A stretch of 64,000 nucleotides of DNA from an uncultured bacterium (GTDB lineage: Bacteria; Oederibacteriota; JAAXVQ01; JAUVAV01), in NCBI GenBank assembly GCA_963710755.1, contig CAVQBK010000004.1, forward strand, positions 32,001-96,000, written 5' to 3'. The position numbers were made by a program, and so were the translations under genes. Numbering within the stretch: position 1 is the first letter of the stretch; each line of letters opens with the position of its first letter. Under the pieces are notes generated by a model. It saw only the letters and a list, made by a program, of their open reading frames with translations. It was not told the origin of the DNA and made no database searches. This document shows, piece after piece, positions 1 through 12,000 of the stretch.

Positions 1-3000
1 ATCATCCGGCTCTGAAAGCGGTGGCCGGGAATCAAGCCGGCGCCATCAAGGCCGGCCAACCCATTGCGGTGGACGGCGCCTTCGGCAAAGTTAATTTTGT
101 TGATAACGGCAACATCCTCCTTCAGGTCAATCATGATGGTAACGACAAGTTTACGGGCTACAGTATACGTGGTACCGACAAATACCATGGCATTGTTCTG
201 GCCGGCGCAGATAAAGTAGGAACCCATCTGCTCGCCCAAAATATTATAGTGCCCGTAGGAGTGAACCATCCTGCTTTGACAGCATCTGCTGGAGATCAAG
301 CCTCAGCTATCAGTCGGGGACAATTGGTCAGCGTTGTGGGCGCTAATGAAAGTGCTGTGGATTTTACCAATAAGGGCACCATCCTGATCCAGGTTAACCG
401 CGACGATAACGGCAAGGTTAGTGGCTGGGGACTTAGGGGTGTTGATCAGTATGGGGATACCATTGTCACTGCAATAGGTAAAGGCGGCCATTTGGAAATG
501 AAAAATGCTTTAATCCAGGTCGGCAGCCGTAATCCTTTATTGGCCCAAGCCGTTGGGAACAAGCAGGCCGGTGCTTTCCAAAAAGGCAACACAACAGTCA
601 ATCAAATGGATGGTGTGGACGGCCCGGTGGCTTTTGCCAAAGATCACCAGATTGTTATTCAAACCAGCCGCGATGATCAGGGTATTAAATACAGTGTTTT
701 AGCTCATTCGGTAAAAGATCCCAGCGTGATGCTTATTGCTGGCCTGGATGGCAACCAATCTCTGGGGTTATCAGCGGCTATTGGATCGCGCTCCAGTTTG
801 ATAGGCGTAAATGCGGCGAAAACCATTCTGGACAAATTTGACGAAAAGAGCCATACCGCTGTTGTGGATGGGCAGAACCTTGATTGCCAGAATGATGAGG
901 GCAACGTCGTGGTAAATATTGGCAAGAGCGATGGTGAAATCACTTACAGTGTCAGAACCACCTCTGCCCAAAATTCCAAGGTGACCTTCATCGTCGGTCA
1001 GAATGACAAAAAAGGTATTCAAATTACCGATGGTATGGGTTCCCAAAAAGATCTGGTGGCCCTCGGTGTTGCTGTGGCGGAATTCAAGCATGTGGATGCG
1101 GCCACGGGTACCACCGAAGCCGCCGTGATTGACGGGACTACGGGCAATAAACAGGTCTTTGAAGTGAGGGTGATTGGTGAGAACGAGCAGGTTCACGTAC
1201 GCTATGGCCGCACCAAGGACGGCGTATTGACCTACGGCTTGTTGGGAACATCCACCAAGTTTAAAGATGTCACGATCATGACCGGCATGGACAGCAAAGG
1301 CCGCAGCATGATGGTGCAAATGGCCAAAGGCAATCAAACAGATCTGGCGCTTTTGGGCATGCCCGTCAACGCACTGCTGACGGCCAATCAAAATGCACCG
1401 ATGGGCAAAGCTCGTCAAATTTTGGCTGATGCCAATCATGAGTATACCATTACGTTTGGTGAAGATGGGTCGCGTACCCTTAATGGTTATGCCCAAGTCT
1501 ACAGCCGGACGGACAAGGGTTATATGGGGCATCAAATCCAGGCTTTCGGAACCTTGGATAAAGACGGGAAATACACCTTTGGCGCCAAGGGAACAAACCG
1601 GGAATTGGAGGCCTTAGGGTTTGATCTCAAAGCGTTGGTGATGAAAAACCACAGTTTCGGCCGTGAAAATGCCTTGGTTTTTAACAGCCGGGTATTGACC
1701 ATGCTGGATACGGGCGATCACCAAATTCTTCAGGGCAGAACCATCAGCGGGGAAGAAGCTTCCTTGTCGTTGGACACGATTCATAACACTTTTTCCGCGT
1801 CCCGGACCATTACGCAAACCATCAACGGTCAGGAAGTGGCCATGCGGCTGGATAGAGATGAGCATGGCAGCATGGTAGTGACCATCAATGGACAACAGTT
1901 TGCCATGGCTGATGGATTAAAAATAAGTGCCGCTTCCGGGGACTATAACGGCATGATCCAGCTCGAAAGCGGCGACATGAAAAAATATATTACTTTACAA
2001 GGAGATGAAAAAACCGGGTTCATACAACGTTGGAATAACAAAATTTACGAGGCCGCCCATCAAATTGCCGCTGCTTGGAATGATAGAGTGAATAATGCAA
2101 ATTCAGGTCAATTTACATTTTTTGATAATTTAGCGGACAGTATGGCCTTTACCGGGGCTGCCTTCACAGCAGGAATAGCGATGCTGACCTCTCCCCTCAC
2201 AGGGGGATTAGATGCGGTTGCTGATAATTACTTGAAGGAACATGAGAATTGGGCAGCAGCAACAGCTTATGTGGCTTGTAAAACCGTTTCAGAACAAGCG
2301 CCCATCATTGGAGCCATACTCCTGGGACCGGCCGGTGGCACTGCTCTTATTGGTTCGGGAATATTGATGGAAATGAAGCCCGTCGTCAGCGGCGGCGGAC
2401 TTGGAGATTTTATTAAATCAGCCGGTTCATCGCTGCTGGTGACAGGTAATAATTTCTTTGTGCAACCGTTTATTATAGCCAAGGATGCCCTTGTCAATGT
2501 ATGGACCGGCCATGGCGAGGAAGCCTTGTCTTATTACGGACAAGCAGACCGTTATGTCCAACTGACCGGCGCTCTGGTACAAGTGGCGTTTGCTTTCACT
2601 ATGACCAGAAGTTATGGTAAAGCCTTGATTGATGGAACCACCATGCTGCGCTTCAGACTTTCTGAAGCGGGCGAAGCGTTTAAAAATACTGCAGGCAGCA
2701 GTGCTTTATTGGCAGCTGGTAAAGCCCTCTTCCAGGGTGTTTCTCCCGTCAATTTTTCATCAGAAGCGATGACGGCGGCCAAGGAAATTATGAAAAGCAA
2801 CCACACTTCATCTACGAAGTTTGAGGCCCTTAAGGAGTTAAGAGCCGGTAAAGATCCGGAAGCCGTGATAAAGGCAGTGGATGCCATTCAGAAGCCGCCA
2901 ACGATAATGAACAGAGTGGCCACTGCTTTGAAGCTTAATGAAGGCCCGGTGGCCAACGTCGTGGAAACGGCAGGGCGCACCGTGAGAACGGTTACCCGGG

Positions 3001-6000
3001 CGGTTGGCTCAAGCGTTGAAAAAGTGGTCAATGTCGTTAAGGCTGCCTTGGCACCTGTGGGTGATGGCATTGTCCATTTTGCCGCCAGCAGCAGGGACGT
3101 TGTCATCAATCAAGTCGTTAAAGTGGTTCAAGCAGTGGGAAAAGTCCAAGGTATAAGCGCGCTGGCCTCGGGCATTAAAACAGTAACTGCGGTAGTGAAT
3201 GGGTGGAGTGCGGCGCTCAGCAGCACTGCAACCCAGGTAAGCGTGGCCATTAAAGTATTCGCCATGAATGCGGCTTCCGGAATAAGCACAACCGCGGCTA
3301 ACTTAATGGCCAACTCCAACCCGGCGTTGAGCAAGATGTTATCCAATTTGTCCCAGCAATTGGAAAATGGCGCGGCAAAGATGCAGGAACAAAGCAAGCT
3401 GACCCTTGAATCCAAGACCGAAGGTCAAACCAGCCGAGCCGAAGCCGGCTTGGCGAAATCCTTTGAAGAGAAAATCACTGCAATTGAAAGCAATTTTGAA
3501 AAAGCTGGCACGATCTTTGAACTGTATGAACAAGGTGCAAAATTAAAATCCGCCATGAACGCTTATGGAAATTTCCTGGCCATGAGCGGTAATGCTGATC
3601 TGGTTCTAAATAAAGTACAGGCATTGACGGAGCAAGGCCACGGAGGCACAGCGCAAATTCTCGAAGGCGTGCTGCAAGTCCGCGCCGATATTGCCGGCAA
3701 AGTTATTGAAAGCATCAAAGGGACAGAAGCCGGCCATGCGGTTATTGCAGCCTTGGGCAAGAACATCGCTCAGAATGGGCCAATGGCGGCCGCCGTGCTG
3801 GCCAAGGAAGGCGTCTCGGAGGATATCGCCGGTGCCGTGGTCAAAGCAGCCTGTGCCAATCCCGGGAACACGGCGCAATTTGTAAAAGCCTTGACCCACA
3901 ATACGGACGCCATGGTTCAAGCCGTACGCGCAGCCGACCCGGTAAGCGCGGCCAGCATGGCTGATGCCGTATTTTCATCGGTTAAAGGCAGCACCAGAAC
4001 CACGGCGGCCATGAAACAGATGGCCAATGCCATGGCCAAGGATTCTGCGGTGGCCGGCAAGGTTGTTGATATTGCGGCCGCCGGTGACCGCGGGTTTATG
4101 CGGGAAAAAGTGATGGAGTTGTCCAAGGAAACCGCCCAATTGGAAAGCAATTTCCTCGGCGCCTTAGGCCAATCGCCCAAAGCCATGGCGGCGTTCATGC
4201 AGCAGGCAGCTCAAGGGCGTTACGGCCAGCACCGGGCGGAAGCCTTCACCAAGCAAGTGGCCAAAGATCCCCAAACCAGCCGTCAGATGGGCAAACTATT
4301 GGATTCCGCCAAAGCTAATGCGCAAGGCAGGTTGGTGAGTCCCCGCACGGCTGAGCTCTTCAGAAACACGATCGCCGATCAATTGGCCCGGAATCCGCGA
4401 AGCGAACCCATGCAAAACCTTTTAAAACAGTTTTCCGAATCAGGACAAAGGCAAATTTATAGGCAGTTGACCAATGATCTTGCCCGGGATCCGGTTAAAG
4501 CAGAGAATTTTAAAGACGCCGTGGTAAAAGATTTAAGAAAGGCCATGAAAGGCATAGGCGCGCCTAAGGTGGAACTTAATGCCAAAATAGAAAGACTGAC
4601 CGATCTGACACCCAAAGCCGAAGGAAATGTGAAAGCCGACGCTGCCCAAGGTCAGGGTCAAGGGAAAGGCCAGGCTGACGCCAATAACAGCACTGAACCC
4701 AACTTTGTCAACGAAGTGGTTGCAGCCTTAAAAACGGTTATTGACAACATGACAGGCAAAGCCAAAACCTTCAAGGAACCGGGTGCTTCAGGCTATAGGG
4801 CGCCATTCAGCCTGGCAGGAAGCAGAACGATGGAAGCTTTGCGAACCGATCCGCTGCAGGCTGCCTATGAATTCACCAAAACCATTTCCGGATTGCGGCT
4901 GGTGGAAGGCACGGCCAAGGCTATAGGCCAGCTTGGCAGTGGAACGGCCAAGCAATTCCGAGAAGCTTATTATAAAAATCAGCTCGAAGGATCGACGCAA
5001 GGATTACGTCAGGCTTTTGAAGCCAACAATAAAAGTTTGGAGACCCTGGATGCCCGCTTGGAGGCCATGGCTTTAAAGAATCTTCGTTCCCCGGGCGTTG
5101 ACAACCGTTTGTTTAACAAGCTTCAAAAAGGTATGGCCCAGCGGCAAGAGTTGAAAGCCCGGCAGGAACAGTTGTTAAAAGTGGCGGAGGGAAAAATTGA
5201 AGAAGCCACGTCAACCGTGGGGGAAATAGCAAGGTTAAAACTAAGCGCCCAGGAACTTCAAGCAGCCAATGAGGCAGGCCAGGCATATGATGCGGCGGTT
5301 AAAGCTCTGGAAAGCAAGGCTGAAAATTTTAAAACGATCGAACAAGCACAACGTCAAGTGGAAGAATCCGCGCTTGCTGAAAATGGCGGGCAGGCGCAAG
5401 CATTACCGGAAAAGGTGAAATCCCGGATCGATGCCTACCGGGTGTCTTTGGCGGAAGCCGCTTTTGAAGTGAATGCAGCCCGTGAGGAAGCACAAACCGA
5501 ATTAAATCAAATGTTGGCCAAGCCTGAGTTAGGCCAACGGCTGGGTGAACTAATGGTTCAAGAAAGCGTGGCCTCTTTGGGACGTCAAGCTGTTCAGGCC
5601 CAAGCACGGGTAAAAGGTAACTATGCCGAAGCTTACCGTGCGGCTGTGGCAAGGCCTGAAGAAGCGTTGACAAGACAAGCCAAACAAATTGGATCCCAGA
5701 TCGAAGGAGTAGAACGGCAAGCGCAACGCGCAGCCGGCCGGACCGAATTGAGAAGCCGGCAGCAGCAGGCGCGCCTTGAGAACCGGATGGCTTTGCAACG
5801 AGAATTGGCAGCCACCCAGGAACGTCTGGATACGCTTGACCCCACGAGCGAACAGGCTAAGGAACTCAAATCCCATCAAGACAGGCTGGAAACGCAGTTG
5901 GCGCGTCTTGATCGCGCCGACCAACGGGAGCTGCAAAGAGCCCGGCAAAAACAGCAATTGGAAAAGCGTGGGGCGCAATTGCAAACCCGGATCGCGAATA

Positions 6001-9000
6001 AGGATACGTCTCTTTCCCATCAAAGCCGACAGGCTACGCGGTTGATCGAGGTCAAAGCGCGGGAAGAGAAGAAGGCGCCTTTTGCCGAGGCGAGAAGCCG
6101 GCAGCAGCAGGCACGTCTTGAAAGCCGGCAGGCCCTGCAACATGAATTGGACGAAACCAAGAAACGTTTGACAATGCTTGACCCCTCCAGCCGCCAGGCC
6201 AGGGATCTCGAATCGCACCAATCCAGAATAGAAGCTCAGTTGGAGCGCCTTAATCGCGCCGACCAGCGGTATCTCCAAAGCGTCAAGCGAAACCAGCCAA
6301 TGGAAAACCGTTACAGAGAAGCTATTTATCAAGAATTGGCTGCACTGGAAGGTGCCAGGGCCCGGTTGCTGAAAAGAGCCGAGCAATTTGGCCAATTGAA
6401 GACCTTGGCCGAAACCTTGCTGTCCAAATCAGCGGCTGAATTGCAGAATCAGGATTTGTATGATTTCACGGCCAAGGTAATGGAACAACTTCCCATCAAG
6501 GATCAAACCGAATTGTTCCGGGCTGACAAGAACCATCATCTCGAAGTGATATCCCGCATGAGTTCCGAGGGCGCCCAGGCCTTGAGCCGGGCCTTGACCA
6601 AAACAGAAGCCCGGGCCTTGATGGATGCCATGCTGGAAATGGGCCGGGCTTACGACGAACAAGCCCAACAGCAATCAACGGCAATGGAACAAGGACGCTT
6701 GCGGGACATGGCCAAAACGTTTTACAGCAAAGCCGGCGATTTGTTGGCCGGCCGGCCGGCTAAGGAAATCATGCAATTAATCAATAACCCTGCCTTCAAA
6801 AAAGCCGCGGAATCAAGCAATGCCACTTCGGTTCAAGCGGCACTTATGTTGCATGGCAAACAACCTGTCTCAAGTAGAATGCTGCGCACCGTGGAATCCT
6901 TTGCCGATTACCTCCTGCAACAGCCGACCACCATGTCCTTTGATACGGTGTTGAAGAATTTTGGAGAATCCCGGTCCTGGTTCCAGCGGCTTCGCACTGA
7001 CAGCACGGAAGCCATGGTCAAAGCCTTGAAATTGGAGCCCCGAACCCTGGAGCAACAATTAACCGCACTGGATGAACTGGCTTCCGAACCGGCCAAAGCC
7101 TTTAAAAATCAACTTATGCAAGGCCGGACAGCGGAACACCAAGCCCAGTTGGAAAAAGCTGGGGCAGAAGTGGATAGGCTTAAAAGCGAGGTAGCCAGAA
7201 TTGAAAATGCCCGGCAAAAAGCGGTCGAAGAGAGAACCGCTTCGGAGGAAGCTTACCAGGAAACCTTGACTCAAACCAAGGCCGAACTGGCCCAGGCGGA
7301 AAGCAATTTGGAAGCCTTGAAGTCTAAAGAAGTGAAATTGGCTGACAGCAGCAGCGATCTGGCCAAGGCGCTCGAAGCTTTTAATGCCGAGCGGAGCAGC
7401 AGCGGTCAGGCCGTCTTAAGTGAAAAGGATATTTTACTTGAGAACCGGGATGAAGCGAGGGAAAACGCCATCAGTCAAGTCACCTCACAGGCTAGAATCA
7501 ACGCCCAAATGAAGCTGATGGACAACAAGGGCCGATTAAATGCTCTGCGTGCGCAATTAACGCAACTGGAAAAGGCCCAGGCATTTAAGCCCAGCCTGAG
7601 CAACCAGGTTCAGCAAAGCATTTTAAAATTTAGAATCAACAGGCTTAATCGCCAGGTTGTCAACGCTGAAAACCGCTTTACCAATTTTGCGGAATTGCCC
7701 CTGCCCAATAACTTGGAGGTACGCCGCTTAGCCAACACTTTTGCTCTGGAAACTAATCTCGATGTGGCATTGCAAATGGAAAAAATTCATAAACGTTTGC
7801 AAACTACGGCCGAAGCAGACCGGGCGGCCCTTCTGGAAAAAGAGGCAGCCATGACGCCTGAAGGTTTCAAAGAGTGTTGGCCCTATTATGAAAAAGTCTT
7901 GAATGAAGCAAGTAAAGATGCCATCAAAGACCTTAATGATGACAATCAAGCTTTTCGGCGTCAGCTCATGAGCGCTCTGCCCAAGGGAATCACCAATGGC
8001 CGGCAACTGTACGATGCCTTTAAAACCCTTCGCGAAGGTATAATCAAAAACGGGGACATTCAGGAAGGATCGATTCGTGATGCACGTCTCATACGCGTTT
8101 ACAGTGAAATTGCCTTTACCCGTGTAACTGGTTTCGATAACATCCGATTGGCCCAGAAAATAATGTTGAATTCCTTTTTCGGGCAACAAAACGTTGGGTT
8201 GGCTGCTGGCGGTGGTAAGACCAACATATTTATTATGATGCATATGCTTGGCATCATGAGTGGCGGAACCCTGCGCGGCGAAATTCTGGTTGATGATCCG
8301 GCAGCTATCGAAAAATACAAAACGGAAATGCAAAATACGGGGCTTAAACAGGGAGACTTGGCCGAAGCCTTGGGCTTGGAATTGGTCAATGGCAATGCCT
8401 TGCACAATGAAGGACGTTACCGGGAGCTGGAAGCAGCCTTGAACAGCTCCGACAAAATTGTGATCTTTGACCATATTACCCGTGCCCATTTAAGAAATGC
8501 CGAAGTCAGCAGCTCCAGTTTACGGCAGGCTTTGCAACAAAGCAACTATGTTGGGATTGATGAAGTTCATATGGCCGCGACTTCGCAAACGTCAGCGATT
8601 ATTGGCGGCGATATTGCCAAGCCTAGAGCGGCGTTGGTCCGGAAGGTAGATCAATTACTGAATGAACTGGGCTTCGAACAGTCAAATTTTAAAGCTCAAG
8701 TGGAAGCCGGGAAATTACCTCAATTGCGCAATGGATTTGAAGTGATCGACCACCGTGGTAAGGAACTGACCGATGATCAGATGGTGGAGTTCAACCGTAT
8801 GACTGGTAAAAAAATCATTTTGAGCGATGGGCAGATAAAACTTAATCTTGCAGCCCAGACGGCATTGAGAGGATTTACGGAGGGACAAATATCTTCTGTC
8901 CTGCGCACCCTTTATAGCAAGGTTGGAAAAGCCGGAGAATATATTTCCTATGCCACCCTAAACGGTAATATCTCGCCGGTCAATAGTCTGGGTAAGATTG

Positions 9001-12000
9001 AAGAATCCCAGATCAGCAATGATATTGCCCACCAAATTACAGCTGCGCGTATCAATGGATTGGATCCCTTTGATGCCGTGAGGGTAAATCACACCAAAAT
9101 GCAAACTTCCATGTCCGCCATGTATGCCGGCAATCACGGCGCTCACCTTGTTGGTGCATCCGGTACTATTGCCGGCATCGAAAGTTTGATGAAAAGTAAA
9201 ATAGGATCTTCTGCTCGCCACGTCAGTACTTCTATCTTTGATATCAAATCCATGATTGAAAACACGGCCATGGATGCGGATACCAAGGGGCGGCTTTTAA
9301 CGGACAGTCAAGCCGATCTTGCAATAGCTGATACAGCCCTATTTAAAGGGCTAAAACAAGGGTGGGACGGGTTTGTTGCAGAAGCCGATCCTGTCAAACA
9401 ACTGGAATTGGTCAAAGAATATGCTAAAAAAGCACAAAATCAGGGAATGGACGACACGATCATAAGCGTGATCGGTGCTGAAGGCGCGGGCTTCTATGTG
9501 CGCGCAGGTAAAGGTCATGAAATGCTGAAAAGTAAAGCTTTCCAGAACCTGTTGAAAGCAGCTGAAGTTCCGGCAGAAAATGCCCGCGAGGCTACCAGTA
9601 AAGTTCAAGGTATGGACTATATTGAAGTCAAAGATGGTATTCAAGCTGTGGTTCAAAGTCATAAAGCAACACCGGAAGCAGGTAAACAATATCTCAAAGG
9701 ACCGCAGATCACCATTGCCAATGAGCAAGCTTTTGTGGGTAAGAATTTCCAGAACAAATTTACCATGATCTTTAGAAATGTTCAGAACTATACAGCAGAT
9801 ATGATCACTCAAACCTTACTGCGTACCGGCCGGCCGGGCGGGGAAAGAGCAGATGGACGGTGGTCCACGTTGCGGTTTGCGGTGGTGAATGAAGCGGAAC
9901 TTGGCAATGTGGTGGAACAGGCCAAGAGACGTGGTAATGAAATCAAAAGTCTCCTTGACTTGAGCAAAACCAATGATGCCACCACTGCGAAAATTCTGGA
10001 TAAGACAGATCTAAACCTTGGTGAAATGCTTAAACTTGGAGCAGAATACCGTCAGTTAAAATTGGTTGGTGATGCCACCAGGTTCGCAGTTCAGGATACG
10101 TTCCGTGATTTGATATTGATCGATCCACTCAAAAAAGCATTAAGGGGAGTAACCGAAGGCAGCCAGGCCCACAAGATCCTTGATAACGAATTGTCCATAA
10201 CCTTAAACCGCAGTGCTGAAGGTGCTGATATCAAACTTCGGTTGCGTGGTAATCAATCTCCTGAAGAGCTTAACAACAAATATGTCAGTGATAATTTTAA
10301 CCGTAATTTGAGAGCTGCCAACGGAGTATGGTTTAAAATTTTAGGCAAATCAATTGTACAGGGTGCCTGGAAAACCAGTGGCAAGGCCGTGGAACAATTA
10401 TGGACCCAATGGCAGGCTTCGCGGGCAGTGAAAAATGGGCGGGTACCGATGCGCAACACCTCCACCAGTTTCGCCGAATATAAATCCCTGGCCGATCTTT
10501 ATCAAATAGGCAAGAACTTGATGGCCAAAGTATTATCAGAGGAAACGCAAGGCGCTGAAGCCGGTGCGCTGGGTCAACAAACCGTGACGATTGCCAACAA
10601 TGCCACCGTGACGTCCATCAGCAGCAAAGAAATGAAAACGTTAAAATCAACATGGGAACAAGCTCACAGTCAGGTCGAAAATGCATTTAAAGCGGCCAAT
10701 CCACTTGACTACTTGACTGGTAAACAAAATGGCGAAAATCCACTAGCAGCCATGTCGTTGAGTGCGGCCATGGGCATATTACATACGAACGATCAATTGG
10801 AAGCGCAAATGGCCATGGCGCCCAGCTTTAATGCGGCGTTCAATCAAATGAAAGATAATTTATATCAGCCCCTGCGGGCCCAAGCCTTGGGCGAAAAAGC
10901 TGGTATGGGAGAGCGGGTTAACTATAATCCGGCTTTGCTGCCTGAACCTTCTCAGGCGCTTATTAACCTGAATCAGTCCTCGCTGTTGTCCAGATTAGCC
11001 AATCTGCCTGGATTGGCGGGCGTGGTCACAAATTATAATAAACGGGATTTGGAAATCAATTATATTGGGGACCAAGCTACTGCAGTTTTAAATCAATATA
11101 ACAATCCTGAATGGGGTAAAGTCCATCAAGAAGAAGTTAAAGCCTACCAAACCCAATACGGTGACAACTGGCAGGCCATTGTCCTGGCCAACCAATTCGG
11201 ACCGGACATCACTTTGGTGCAGCAATACCAGCAAACCACTAATCCCTTGCGGCGGTTGTGGCTGGGCATGCAAATGCCGGCCCAGGCCAATAAGCTTTAT
11301 CAAGAACTCATGTCCGATATTGCCAAAGTCGCCGCCAAGCTCAGTGTTTTCAAGAACAACCCCAACGCGACCTTGACCTATCAGAACCGGACCATGAATG
11401 AGCAGCAAGCCCGGGCTTATATGGTGGAGCGCATGGATCAGGCTGCTTCGCTGTCAGGGCGCTATCAATTGAAAAATACCGGATTGATTAATAACTACCA
11501 GTCTGACGTGAGCACTTCTCCCCAGAAGGTGGTTCAAGCAGCGCTGAAGGAAAAGGGCAATGTGCAAAGCTTTGGCAGCAATACGCTTCAAGGTATCGCT
11601 CAACTGGCCAGCACCGTGAAGCTCACCAGCATTCCCTGGATCAAGGCTCATCCTATCCTGGCTGGCACTCTGGTGGGCAGCACGATTTTGCTAGCCGGCT
11701 TGAACCTGGCAGGGCTCACCCTGCTAACCATGACATGGGGATCATTTTTTACGGGTGGGATCACCGGTGCAATGAACAGTTTTGCAAAAGCAGAACCGGT
11801 CTCGAGAAATGCCAAGGGACCTATGGCGATAATGCAAAAATACACGTCCGGGAAAAAAGGAATGCTAGCGAAATTAATAACACCGGCGATTTTTGTAATT
11901 TCCGGTAATTATGTTGGCCTATTGGGCATTATCTTCAGTACTACGCTTAGGTTGGTCTATGATATCGGTAAGGGCAAGATTACGGCCACCCCTATTAAAG

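Noticed and set aside
21-23. GTG at 21 as the start of giant protein 1
   Set aside because: The frame is open to the window edge and the preceding codons (HPALKA) belong to the same 88-aa repeat, so the gene starts upstream.
8100-10400. Housekeeping secA gene fused by assembly error
   Set aside because: Motifs are far more divergent than in housekeeping SecA (DEVH, QTLLRTGR) and the frame is continuous on both sides; no gene symbol assigned.
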